A stretch of 64,000 nucleotides of DNA from Cyanobacteriota bacterium. GTDB taxonomy: Bacteria; Cyanobacteriota; Cyanobacteriia; Cyanobacteriales; Nostocaceae. The stretch's first letter is position 1. Every line of letters begins with the position of its first letter. The notes under the pieces were generated by a model. That model made no database searches, was not told where the DNA came from, and worked only from the letters and a program-made list of their open reading frames with translations. Positions 31,975 to 41,815 of this stretch are shown here, in pieces. The stretch covers positions 1-64,000 of the forward strand of contig JBJOKS010000020.1 of assembly GCA_046045965.1 (NCBI GenBank), given 5' to 3'. A program made the translations under genes and the position numbers.

Positions 31975-34179
31975 CTATTTACTATTAATATATATTTCCC
32001 ACATCTGTAAATAAGCTTTCTCCATTTCCCGCGCAAATTTCTTACCATTCCATAAAGGTGAAGTTTGTCGTGACTTGTTCAATTTCCATACTATTTCTTT
32101 TCTTAAATTCTCATCCTTACCCAACCGTACACCCCACTCTACATACTCTTCATCACTCCAAGCTATACCTTCAGTTACACCCACATTCATCATCATTGTA
32201 TAACTGTTACGAGCTGCAAATTGTTCCCCCACTCTGGTAACTAATGGTATTCCCATCCATAATGTTTCTAGGGTTGTGGTTGCACCGTTGTAGGGATAGG
32301 TATCTAAAACAATATCAGCAATCAGTAAATTAGCACGATGTTCTTCACCTGTGGGTGCAGAAGGTAAAAATCTTAACTGTTTTAAATCAACTCCTTCTGC
32401 TTCCGCAATAGGATTAATAAAATTTTCTAAATCTTCATTGTTAGCTCGAAAACTTTTGAGAACAAAATAACTATTAGGAACTTGTTTAATAATTCGCATT
32501 TGTAAGCGAATATTATCAGGATTACGTTTTAATCCGGTTTGGGAACTAAAATAAATAATCCCATCTTCAGGAATATCTAAAGCTTCTCTACTAATAGTTG
32601 GTGTTCCTACAGTAAAACCATCAACACCTATATAATTTTCTGGTAGTCGCCAAATCTTTTCCGTATAATATTCCTGTGCTGATTCTGGTAATACATAGTT
32701 ATCAGCAATAAAGTAATCAACTGTGGGAAACCCAGTAGCATCAAAACCTAACCAACTAACCTGAATTGGTGCAGGTTTCAATGCTAAGATAGCACAATTG
32801 GCATAGGAAGTTAGACTATCTAAATCAACTAAAATATCTATTTCATCTTCATTAATTTTATCTGCCATACTGACCATTGACAAGGTTTGTTGATGAAAAT
32901 TATCTCCGTATTGTTTTTTATAATCATGTTGTTTTGGATCGTGCTTATTTTCCCGCAAGGAATATAAATGAACATCAAATTCCTGCCGATTATGATATTT
33001 TAATAACCACCAAGCTAAAAAACCGACAGAATGAGAACGAAAACATTCTGATAAATACCCTATTCTTAAAGGACGTTCACTTAAAGCCGGACGATGTGAG
33101 TGAAAAAGTTTTTGATAAGTGTTAATATTGTTAGGAAAACTTTTCCAAACTAGTTGTTGAGATAAAGCCGCTAACCCATTACGCAGAAATCTATTTTCCT
33201 GTGGATTATCTTCCATGTACAGCAAATATGAACCAAGAGGTAAAAGTTTAATTAAACTTTCACTTTCTGTTTTACTGTTTATTAGTTCAGACAATAAAAA
33301 TTTATATTTTTGGTAAGCTTGAATTGATTTTTCCCAACTCCCGCAAGATGTTAAAACTGATTCTACTAAATAGTGATTTCCAATCAGTTCATCTATTGGT
33401 TCTTGACTAATTTCTAAATACTTTTCTGCCCAAGTAATCGCTTCTTGAAAATAATCGCCACCTAGTCGTTGTAAAGGAGGAATTATTTTTCTAATCCCAT
33501 CTAAATCATTGGGGTTTAAACGCAAAGCTATTCTCACTAAATAAATTGCCTTGTGATAATAGCAAGAGCGATAATAGGCCTCCGATTTACTTTTAAGTAT
33601 TTCAATAATAGTTGTAGATGTTAATAAATAAGGAATAAATGCTTCAACTAATTGTTCAACAACAGTGGGAGGGTTAACAGGAGCAGGAGAAATTAATTTT
33701 TCCAGAACTAGGACTAATAATTTCTCATCAAAAACAGGTATTTCAGCCAGTTGAGATAGGGTTGTATTCAGGTGATTAATATTAGTTTCTTGATCAGCAA
33801 AATTTAACTCAATATCTAACTCAATCAGTTTTAAAAGATTATTAATATCATTAGGCACGAATTCTTTAATGTGTTGACGAATTACCCAAGCCAATTTATA
33901 GTTATTATAGTTAGAAATTGTTTCTTGCTGTAGGGCAGCATTTAATAAAATTTCTGTTAACTCTGACAACCATTTTTCTGATTCTTCTTCTCCTAATTCT
34001 AGAAATGGAGTCATCCAGGTAATTTGTGCTTCTTCTTCTCTACCCACTAATAATAAAGCTAGTCCTAAATACCAATAATTAGTAACTTCTGTGGGATTTT
34101 CACTAATATTTTGTTCATATTCTGGAATAGTTAATAAGCTAGGAATAGCAGCAACTTGATTATCTAACAGAGTAGTCAT
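31975..34179 (-). CDS. GT41 O-GlcNAc transferase/SPINDLY family protein (copy 1, pilin-proximal, OgtA-like)
   Basis: Same GT41 motifs; directly downstream of the pilin gene. Confidence 0.92.
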   Translation of the reverse strand: MTTLLDNQVAAIPSLLTIPEYEQNISENPTEVTNYWYLGLALLLVGREEEAQITWMTPFLELGEEESEKWLSELTEILLNAALQQETISNYNNYKLAWVIRQHIKEFVPNDINNLLKLIELDIELNFADQETNINHLNTTLSQLAEIPVFDEKLLVLVLEKLISPAPVNPPTVVEQLVEAFIPYLLTSTTIIEILKSKSEAYYRSCYYHKAIYLVRIALRLNPNDLDGIRKIIPPLQRLGGDYFQEAITWAEKYLEISQEPIDELIGNHYLVESVLTSCGSWEKSIQAYQKYKFLLSELINSKTESESLIKLLPLGSYLLYMEDNPQENRFLRNGLAALSQQLVWKSFPNNINTYQKLFHSHRPALSERPLRIGYLSECFRSHSVGFLAWWLLKYHNRQEFDVHLYSLRENKHDPKQHDYKKQYGDNFHQQTLSMVSMADKINEDEIDILVDLDSLTSYANCAILALKPAPIQVSWLGFDATGFPTVDYFIADNYVLPESAQEYYTEKIWRLPENYIGVDGFTVGTPTISREALDIPEDGIIYFSSQTGLKRNPDNIRLQMRIIKQVPNSYFVLKSFRANNEDLENFINPIAEAEGVDLKQLRFLPSAPTGEEHRANLLIADIVLDTYPYNGATTTLETLWMGIPLVTRVGEQFAARNSYTMMMNVGVTEGIAWSDEEYVEWGVRLGKDENLRKEIVWKLNKSRQTSPLWNGKKFAREMEKAYLQMWEIYINSK

Positions 34180-34343
34180 AATTTAAAAATTTGCCCTCGT
34201 TTTGTAGTTGATTACTAAACAAACTTAGAAACACAAATATAGGGACTAACAACTGTTAACCCCTACATTATATTAAAACATTAGATAAAAAATGCCAGAT
34301 GTATTTAGTTCATCTAGCATTATCCATAACAAACCACTAAGTT

Positions 34344-34865
34344 TTACTTCATTCTTTCCATACCACCAGCACAAGTAGTCATACCAGGAGCGGTATCTAA
34401 TGTAGGTACAACACCAGCTGATTCACTTTCAACACCAGTTGTCTGACAAGCAATAGCTTCGGTTTGACCGGTAGTGAGAATAACCACACCACCACTAAAG
34501 CTCTTGAGAGAAGCAGCATCTCTAGCTATGGCTGTAAAAGTTGCAGTGGTGACATCACCATCAGGAGTATAATCATAAAAATCAGTTTGGGTAGGAATAC
34601 CAATTTGCAACTGGTCAATGGTGGTAGCAAACTGGGTATTTTCAATCCGATAAGATTGTTGCGCTCTGTTAACTGAACCTACATAGGTTTTAGCTTCAGA
34701 TTGTTTAGCTTTTGCTGCTTGGTTCAAGAAGGAAGGTAGAGCAATAGCAGATAGAATACCGATGATGATGATTACAACTAACAATTCAATCAGGGTGAAA
34801 CCTTCGTTATTTTTCTTTTTACCCAGAATGTGTTGTAAGAATTTGGCTTTCAGTTCAGTTTTCAT
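34344..34865 (-). CDS. pilA: Major type IV pilin
   Basis: Prepilin cleavage site EG|FTLIELLVVIIIIGILSAIALP, NRAQQ motif, C-terminal Cys pair. Confidence 0.92.
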   Translation of the reverse strand: MKTELKAKFLQHILGKKKNNEGFTLIELLVVIIIIGILSAIALPSFLNQAAKAKQSEAKTYVGSVNRAQQSYRIENTQFATTIDQLQIGIPTQTDFYDYTPDGDVTTATFTAIARDAASLKSFSGGVVILTTGQTEAIACQTTGVESESAGVVPTLDTAPGMTTCAGGMERMK

Positions 34866-34911
34866 AGTAGTTTTCCTTGGGGTGGAGTGTTGTTTGTTTC
34901 TCTATGCTAAG

Positions 34912-34920
34912 AACTTACCC
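34912..34920 (-). promoter_or_regulatory. Putative SigF-type promoter element GGGTAAGTT
   Basis: About 47 nt upstream of the pilin ATG; matches the GGGTAAG element described for cyanobacterial pilA1 promoters. Confidence 0.65.
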
Positions 34921-35362
34921 ACATCTGATCAATTTCATATCACCTCCAGAAAAAATTTTTTTACTATTTGTTTTTAGAGGCTAACCAAGGTGGGTGAAAT
35001 TGGGCAAAACATTTATCCTGTAATACTTTCAGCTAACAAAAACCAAGGGAGAACTAGAGGAAAATTATTTTCTCCTCTAGAGGATATTGTGCAATTAGGG
35101 CTGAAAAGCAACATTTATATAAAGTATGTTGACGTAAGTAGGACAGATATGATCATAAATAGCTTTTAGTTACGCTAATTTTGGTTAAAATACCTCCGCC
35201 CGTGGTGAATCCCTGACAAAAGGAGTATTAAAGATGTTAGGTTGGGTTGAGGTTAGGAAACGCAATATTATTGAAGAAGCTTGTATTGGGCTACACTGTC
35301 TTTTAACATAGCCGACTTTGACGGTTGACTATTACATCCATTTCCTCAAACCAGAAAATTAT

Positions 35363-36334
35363 ATGTCTGTTTTTGTGCAAACCCTGAAAGAGCAAGGTCG
35401 TCTTGACCAAGTTCAAATCACAATATGTAATGTAGGTTCTCGTAAGTTATCATCAGCAGATGATTATGGTGCAGGAGCTTGGAATGTTTTTGCACCTAAT
35501 CTCACTATTTATGGCTTTGATGCGGATGCAGATGCTTGTGAAGATGCAGAAGCTGAATTAGAAGCCAGAGGAATTAATTGGACGGAAAAGCATATTCCCT
35601 TAGCATTGGGTAAATCTGTAGGTGAATCAACACTATATGTAACAAAAGATCCCATGTGTAGTTCACTGTATGAACCCAATGAGCCTTTTTTATCCAGATT
35701 TGCAGGTCTGCCAGAATTGTCGAACTTGGATTTTGCTTTAGAAATTGAAACCAGCACATTAGATGCTTTTTGTCAAGATGAGGGAATTGATACTATAGAT
35801 TTTTTACAAATTGATGTCCAAGGTGCAGATTTGCAAGTTTTACAAGGAGCATCGGAGATTTTAAACCGTGGTGTGCTGGGAGTGCAGATAGAAGTTGAGT
35901 TTTCACCTTTATACTTAAATCAACCTTTGTTTGCTGATGTTGATACCCATCTGAGAAATATTGGTTTTAGTCTCTTTGATTTAAAAGTTGCTCGCCGTCC
36001 TCGCACTAGTTCACCTGTAGTATCAAGAGATCACCCTGGACAAATACTATGGGGAGATGGTTTTTATTTTCAAGATCCCATAGGTCAAAACATCAATCCT
36101 GATCTTAAAAAACCTGATAAAATATTCAAGTTAGCTTGTATAGCTGATGTTTTAGGTTTTCTCGATTACGCTTTAGAGTTATTAGAATACTTAACAGTTC
36201 ATTATGGAAATAATCCAGAATACAACTTTGCTGAAACTATTATGAAGAGTTTATCTGAATTTCCTGAATTAGTTGAAAAAGGGTTAGATTCTCTCCCTAT
36301 AGTAGTTAAGATTAAACCCTATCTTAATAGATAA
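35363..36334 (+). CDS. FkbM family methyltransferase
   Basis: NVGSR, TLD and IDFLQIDVQGA.L.VL.G motifs. Confidence 0.9.
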   Translation: MSVFVQTLKEQGRLDQVQITICNVGSRKLSSADDYGAGAWNVFAPNLTIYGFDADADACEDAEAELEARGINWTEKHIPLALGKSVGESTLYVTKDPMCSSLYEPNEPFLSRFAGLPELSNLDFALEIETSTLDAFCQDEGIDTIDFLQIDVQGADLQVLQGASEILNRGVLGVQIEVEFSPLYLNQPLFADVDTHLRNIGFSLFDLKVARRPRTSSPVVSRDHPGQILWGDGFYFQDPIGQNINPDLKKPDKIFKLACIADVLGFLDYALELLEYLTVHYGNNPEYNFAETIMKSLSEFPELVEKGLDSLPIVVKIKPYLNR

Positions 36335-36352
36335 AAAAATAGCTGTAAATAA

Positions 36353-36430
36353 TGTAGGTTGGATTAAGCAACAGCGCAACCCAACAAACGTTTATAAATG
36401 TTGGGTTTCCTTGAGTCAAACCAACCTACG
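36353..36430. repeat. Paired GTAG-type REP elements between convergent genes
   Basis: TGTAGGTTGG...AACCCAAC followed by inverted GTTGGGTTTC...CCAACCTAC; relatives at about 29506-29536, 35236-35266 and 38587-38616. Confidence 0.75.
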
Positions 36431-36438
36431 ATTTTGTG

Positions 36439-36975
36439 TTACAGATTTGGCTTTGTAGCTATAACGTTCAGGCTAATAAATGTATCTGAAATGCGGATTA
36501 TACTACAATCTTTAAATAAATTGAACTCGCTCACCTCCTCGTATTCTGTAAATCCAGATTCTTCTAAGTAAGCTGCTAGTATTTCAAAGTCAAAACCCAC
36601 CTTGTGAACATCATATATATTAGTTTGTCCACCAAATATAATCCGCATTAGGTATAGTCTATCCATAACTGTAAAATCTGGATGCAGATACAGCCAACAT
36701 AGCTTCCTTAAATCAGGAACACTAATCAAGAGTTTTCCACCTGGTTTGAGAACTCTATACCATTCTGTGAGGGTATTTATTAACTCGTTATCTATGCCAT
36801 AGTAAAAATGCTCTAGAACATGACTAGCATAAATGGCAGTAATAGAATTATCCTCAAATTGACTTAAATCTGATGCGTTACCAACATAATCTACCTCTGG
36901 ACGAGGTTCTACATCTAATATTTTCCAGTCTGGATGAGGTGATGTGCCACCAATGTGAAGTTTGATATCTGTCAT
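36439..36975 (-). CDS. Class I SAM-dependent methyltransferase (short, glycan-locus type)
   Basis: KLHIGG, ASHVLEH and RVLKPGG.L.ISVPD motifs; likely start MTDIK at 36975. Confidence 0.88.
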   Translation of the reverse strand: MTDIKLHIGGTSPHPDWKILDVEPRPEVDYVGNASDLSQFEDNSITAIYASHVLEHFYYGIDNELINTLTEWYRVLKPGGKLLISVPDLRKLCWLYLHPDFTVMDRLYLMRIIFGGQTNIYDVHKVGFDFEILAAYLEESGFTEYEEVSEFNLFKDCSIIRISDTFISLNVIATKPNL

Positions 36976-37067
36976 TTTATTTACTGTAGATAAACAAAGT
37001 GTAAAACATTTTTCCTGCAAGTCTAAAGACGCTATATGAAACGTCTCTATCTTTTTCAGTGGCAATT

Positions 37068-38405
37068 TTATGCTTGAGTCTCTAACATAATGTAATCAAA
37101 ATCCTCTAGTAGTAAAAGAAACTTTTGCAAAAGATGAAAAACCCTGAGTTTATCTATAGGTGCTGCGGTTAAAGGATCAATAGGTCTTAACTGTTGCCAT
37201 TGTGCCACTAAAGACATCATTGATAGAGGTTGATCAAACAAGAGTAGCAAACAGAGAGCCATTGAACTATCTACATAGACCAATTCCTCATTTAAAGCTA
37301 AATATTTACGGATAGGAAAGGTTTTACCTTCGCTGACACAAGCAATAAGGTCTTGTTTGAAACCAGGAGTTTTTAACTGTGGATGTAGATGTACTGTGGC
37401 TTTTTCCCATTCAGAGTCAGACCATTCTAAAACAGGTATAAAAGGATTTCCAGCTTGGGGATGTCCACACCAAAAATCTAGTAGTCTATGCACAGGGTGG
37501 AGTAGTTCAAATAATTGCAACTGTTCTTCTATGGAAGCTTCCGGTAAACTCATACCCAGAAAAGCAGGTAAGTTATCTGGATTTTTGAATAAGTTCATCA
37601 AGTCCCATTGTCGCCAATTTCTCATTTTGATAAACTCTAAATCAGCCGACCTTAAAGCTGAAAACATATCATTAATACTATAACCCTTATCACCTTGCAA
37701 CAAGTAATTAACTAAAATCCTTTCTTGTCCATTTTCGCTTTGATATATATTTAGATTAGGATTCCATATTGTAGCTTTGAGCGTAACATCATCCTTTAAA
37801 GCTGTCATGGTATCATTCACAATTTCTATTTCCATCTCTCCTGGAGTATCATCCATTAAACCCATCATTTTGCATATTTTTTGAGCGCGAAAATAATTAA
37901 ATCGCTGCATATAACTATGTAGGTTGGTGCGAATAATACCCTCTGGCTTTAGTACAGCTTTCATTGCTTGCAAAGCAACAGATATATCTGGTAAAAGATA
38001 GAGAACCTCATCACAGTTAATATAATCAAATTGATAATTTAACTCTGGTAAACTATAAATAGATAAAAGATGAAATTCAACATTATCAAAACCATGATAT
38101 TCTAAACGCTGCTGTGCAAGTTTAATTGACTCCTCTGATATATCAACACCGACAATTTTTGCATGAGGATTAGCTGATGCTAAAATTAATGATTTATAAC
38201 CAGAACCACATCCAGCATCTAAAATAACTTTATCTTTAGTGTCTATAACTTTCTGATTTCTCAAATAATAGGAAGTGATTATGTTATGAATATACAGTGC
38301 ATTAATATCATCTTTAGGAGATTTATCCAGGGGTATTCTAGGAAAAGGAGAACTATCAAATTGCTTACGAATTTTATCCCACAGTTCTGAGTTGGAATTA
38401 TTCAT
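37068..38405 (-). CDS. Class I SAM-dependent methyltransferase (long, paralog B)
   Basis: ILDAGCGSG, FDYINCDE and LKPEG motifs; start MNNSNSELW aligns with paralog A. Confidence 0.9.
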   Translation of the reverse strand: MNNSNSELWDKIRKQFDSSPFPRIPLDKSPKDDINALYIHNIITSYYLRNQKVIDTKDKVILDAGCGSGYKSLILASANPHAKIVGVDISEESIKLAQQRLEYHGFDNVEFHLLSIYSLPELNYQFDYINCDEVLYLLPDISVALQAMKAVLKPEGIIRTNLHSYMQRFNYFRAQKICKMMGLMDDTPGEMEIEIVNDTMTALKDDVTLKATIWNPNLNIYQSENGQERILVNYLLQGDKGYSINDMFSALRSADLEFIKMRNWRQWDLMNLFKNPDNLPAFLGMSLPEASIEEQLQLFELLHPVHRLLDFWCGHPQAGNPFIPVLEWSDSEWEKATVHLHPQLKTPGFKQDLIACVSEGKTFPIRKYLALNEELVYVDSSMALCLLLLFDQPLSMMSLVAQWQQLRPIDPLTAAPIDKLRVFHLLQKFLLLLEDFDYIMLETQA

Positions 38406-38663
38406 GGTAATACCTCTTAATACTTGCTTGATTATGATACTCGCTGACACTATATGTCCATGTACAGGCATTTTATAAAATGCTTATACAATTTTGGTTT
38501 TATTTGGTTTCAGATAAATACACAGCCCAATATCAGTATGCCCCAATTTTTGAGATTTATATCACTATCGGGACTTTAATTAACAATGTAGGTTGGGTGA
38601 AAGCAAGGAAACCCAAAATGCTGGCAACTTGTGTTGGTTGGTGACTAACTACACCCGCACAGA

Positions 38664-40013
38664 CTAGCATACATATTGAGTTTCTAACATAATTACATCA
38701 ACATCCTCTAGAACCAAGAGTAGCTTTTGTATAAAGTGAAAAATTTCAGCTTTTTCTAGGGGTTCTTCTGTGAGAAGATTAAGTTTTCTAAACTTTTGCC
38801 AATATTCTACAAGGGACATCATTGATATAGGGTTTTCAAACAAGGGTAACAAGCACAAAGCCATTGCACTATCAATATCTACAAATTCCTCTGGTGAAGT
38901 TGTATTTTTCAAAGCTATATTTTTACGGATAGGGAAAGTTTTACCGTCCTTGACACAAGCAATAACGTCTGTTTTAAAATCAGAAGTATTGAATTGTGGA
39001 TGTAGATGTACAGTTGCATTTTCCCAGTAAAAATCAGACCATTCAGAAACAGGTACAAAAGAATGTGCAGTCTGGGGATGTCCACACCAAAAATCTAGTA
39101 ATCTATGCACAGGGTTGAGTAGTTCAAATAAATGTAAACTATCTTCTGTGGATATTTCCAGTAAACCCATTGCCAAAAAACCAGGTAAATTTTCTGGTTC
39201 TTTAAATAAGTTCATCAAGTCCCATTGTCGCCAATTGATCATTTTGATAAACTCTAAATCAGCTACCCTTAACGTTGAAAACATATCAGTGATGGTGTAA
39301 CCTTTATCTCCTTGAAATAAGAAATTCATGAGAATATGTTCTTTTCTTGTTTCTCCTTCAGACTGAGTATCCCAAGTCTTCTCTTTGAGATCCACATCAT
39401 CCTTTAAAGCTGTCATGAAATCTACAACAATATCTATTTCTAAATCTTCTGGGTTGCTATCCATCAAACCCATCATTTTAAATATTTCTTGACCACGAAA
39501 ATAAGAGAATCTTTGGAGTGAGCTATGTAAGTTACTACGAATGATTCCCTCTGGCTTTAATACAGCTTTCATTGCTTGTAAAGCTACTGCTATATCAGGA
39601 CAAAGATAGAGAACTTCATCACAGTTAATATAATCAAATTGATAATTTAATTGGGGTAAGTCCTCTATTGATGAAACATGAAACTCAACATTATCAAAAC
39701 CATGATATTCTAAACGCTGTTGTGCAAGTTTAACGGATTTTTCTGATAGATCAACACCGACAATTTTTGCACCTGGATTAGCTGATGCTAAAATTAAGGA
39801 CTTATAACCAGAACCACATCCAGCATCTAAAATAACTTTGTTTTTAGTATCTATTACTTTGTGATTTCTTAAATAGTAGGAAGTGATTAGGTTATGAAGA
39901 TAAAGTGCATTAATATCATCTTTCGGGGATTTATTAATAGAATCATTAGGATAAGGTGTGCTATCAAATTGCTGGCGAATTTTCTCCCACAGTTCCGAGT
40001 TAGCATTATTCAT
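38664..40013 (-). CDS. Class I SAM-dependent methyltransferase (long, paralog A)
   Basis: Same motifs; collinear with 37068-38405. Confidence 0.9.
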   Translation of the reverse strand: MNNANSELWEKIRQQFDSTPYPNDSINKSPKDDINALYLHNLITSYYLRNHKVIDTKNKVILDAGCGSGYKSLILASANPGAKIVGVDLSEKSVKLAQQRLEYHGFDNVEFHVSSIEDLPQLNYQFDYINCDEVLYLCPDIAVALQAMKAVLKPEGIIRSNLHSSLQRFSYFRGQEIFKMMGLMDSNPEDLEIDIVVDFMTALKDDVDLKEKTWDTQSEGETRKEHILMNFLFQGDKGYTITDMFSTLRVADLEFIKMINWRQWDLMNLFKEPENLPGFLAMGLLEISTEDSLHLFELLNPVHRLLDFWCGHPQTAHSFVPVSEWSDFYWENATVHLHPQFNTSDFKTDVIACVKDGKTFPIRKNIALKNTTSPEEFVDIDSAMALCLLPLFENPISMMSLVEYWQKFRKLNLLTEEPLEKAEIFHFIQKLLLVLEDVDVIMLETQYVC

Positions 40014-40227
40014 AATAATACCTCTTAATAGCTAAGTTGATTATGATACTAGCTGATGGTTATTGATTATGTACAGATATTTAAGAAAATAACCATAAAT
40101 ATTTGTGTCCATTTTATGTAAGCATACAGCCCAAAATCAGTATGCCCCAAAATTGCAAATTTATATCACCACCGTTCAGTTATGCTATATTAAATTAAAC
40201 GTAGTCGTTATGAGTTTGTATAACAGT

Positions 40228-41589
40228 ATGACAAATTCCAAAGCAGAAAACTTAGTCATTATCGGTTCTGGACCTGCTGGTTACACAGCAGCTATCTATG
40301 CAGGAAGAGCAAATTTAAAACCAGTGGTGTTTGAAGGTTTCCAAGCTGGGGGTTTACCCGGTGGACAACTGATGACAACCACCGAAGTTGAGAACTTCCC
40401 AGGGTTTCCCCAAGGTATCACCGGACCAGACTTGATGGATAATATGAAAGCACAGGCAGAACGGTGGGGAGCAGAATTATATACTGAAGATGTGATATCA
40501 GTTGATTTAAGTCAACGTCCTTTTATTATCCGTTCCCAGGAAAGAGAAGTAAAAGCACATAGTTTAATTATCGCTACTGGTGCAACAGCTAAACGTTTAG
40601 GTTTACCCAGTGAACATCAATTTTGGAGTCGGGGAATTTCCGCTTGTGCAATTTGTGATGGTGCAACCCCCATCTTTCGCGGTGCAGAGTTAGCGGTTAT
40701 TGGTGCGGGAGACTCAGCAGCAGAAGAAGCTATTTATTTAACTAAATATGGTTCTATTGTACATTTATTAGTCCGTTCTGATAAAATGCGGGCTTCTAAA
40801 GCTATGCAAGATCGAGTTTTAAGTAACCCGAAAATTAAGGTACATTGGCATACAGAAGCGGTGGATGTCATTGGTAAGGGTAATATGACCGGTGTGCAAG
40901 TCCGTAATAAACAAACTGGGGAAGAAAGTACAATTAAAGCTAAAGGTTTATTTTACGCCGTTGGTCACAAGCCCAATACGGAGCTATTTCAGGGACAATT
41001 AGAATTGGATGAGGTGGGGTACATTACCACTAAACATGGTGGTGTAGAAACCAGTGTAGATGGTGTATTTGCCGCTGGTGATGTGCAGGATCATGAATTT
41101 AGGCAAGCGATTACAGCAGCGGGTACTGGTTGTATGGCGGCCATGTTAGCGGAAAGATGGTTATCATCAAAGAATTTAATTCATGAGTTCCATCATCAAC
41201 CAGAAACAGCAAATAATGAGTTAGCAACACAACCAGAAACACAGAAAACAGAAACAGAGTTTAATTTGCAAGCAACACGCCATATAGGAGGTTATGCTTT
41301 AAGAAAATTATTTCATGAGAGCGATCGCTTGTTGTTGGTAAAATATGTTTCTCCTGGTTGTGGTCCTTGTCACACTTTGAAACCGATATTAAATAAAGTC
41401 GTCGATGAATTTGATGGTAAGATTCACTTTATCGAAATCGACATTGATAAAGATAGAGACATAGCAGAAAATGCTGGTATAGTTGGTACACCTACGGTAC
41501 AGATATTTAAAGATAAGGAATTGGTAAAAGAAGTGAAAGGTGTAAAACAGAAAAGTGAATATCGACAGTTAATTGAAAGTAATCTGTAG
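40228..41589 (+). CDS. ntrC: NADPH-thioredoxin reductase C (NTR-thioredoxin fusion)
   Basis: GSGPAG, CAICDG and GAGDSA motifs, plus C-terminal thioredoxin CGPC. Confidence 0.93.
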   Translation: MTNSKAENLVIIGSGPAGYTAAIYAGRANLKPVVFEGFQAGGLPGGQLMTTTEVENFPGFPQGITGPDLMDNMKAQAERWGAELYTEDVISVDLSQRPFIIRSQEREVKAHSLIIATGATAKRLGLPSEHQFWSRGISACAICDGATPIFRGAELAVIGAGDSAAEEAIYLTKYGSIVHLLVRSDKMRASKAMQDRVLSNPKIKVHWHTEAVDVIGKGNMTGVQVRNKQTGEESTIKAKGLFYAVGHKPNTELFQGQLELDEVGYITTKHGGVETSVDGVFAAGDVQDHEFRQAITAAGTGCMAAMLAERWLSSKNLIHEFHHQPETANNELATQPETQKTETEFNLQATRHIGGYALRKLFHESDRLLLVKYVSPGCGPCHTLKPILNKVVDEFDGKIHFIEIDIDKDRDIAENAGIVGTPTVQIFKDKELVKEVKGVKQKSEYRQLIESNL

Positions 41590-41613
41590 GGACTGGGTAA
41601 TGGGTAATAAATT

Positions 41614-41731
41614 CCTCGTTCCCTGGTTCTACCAGGGAATGCACTCAGGAGTCTCTGACTCCACCCACTACTATACTTTAATTTGAGGCAGAGCCTCAAT
41701 ATTTGCATTCCCAGTCTGAGACTGGGAACGA
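41614..41731. repeat. Multi-hairpin palindromic element (REP/MITE-like)
   Basis: Ends CTCGTTCCC...GGGAACGAG; internal hairpins TTCCCTGG-CCAGGGAA, GGAGTC-GACTCC, GAGGC-GCCTC, TTCCCAGTCT-AGACTGGGAA. Confidence 0.8.
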
Positions 41732-41815
41732 GAGCAAAGTTTTTTATCTGTTCCCTGTTCCCTGTTCCCTGTTCCCTGCCTGAACAGATATGATAACTAT
41801 TAAAACAAAGATGAT

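Noticed and set aside
29695..32760. Near-identical repeats as a DGR template/variable pair
   Set aside because: Both copies are coding, the differences do not look adenine-specific, and no reverse transcriptase is present in the window
38406..38471. N-terminal ORF extension of MTase B (similar extensions at 9155, 12583, 35318, 37065, 40105, 48942, 61598)
   Set aside because: Paralog alignment, RBS position or family start motifs favour downstream starts
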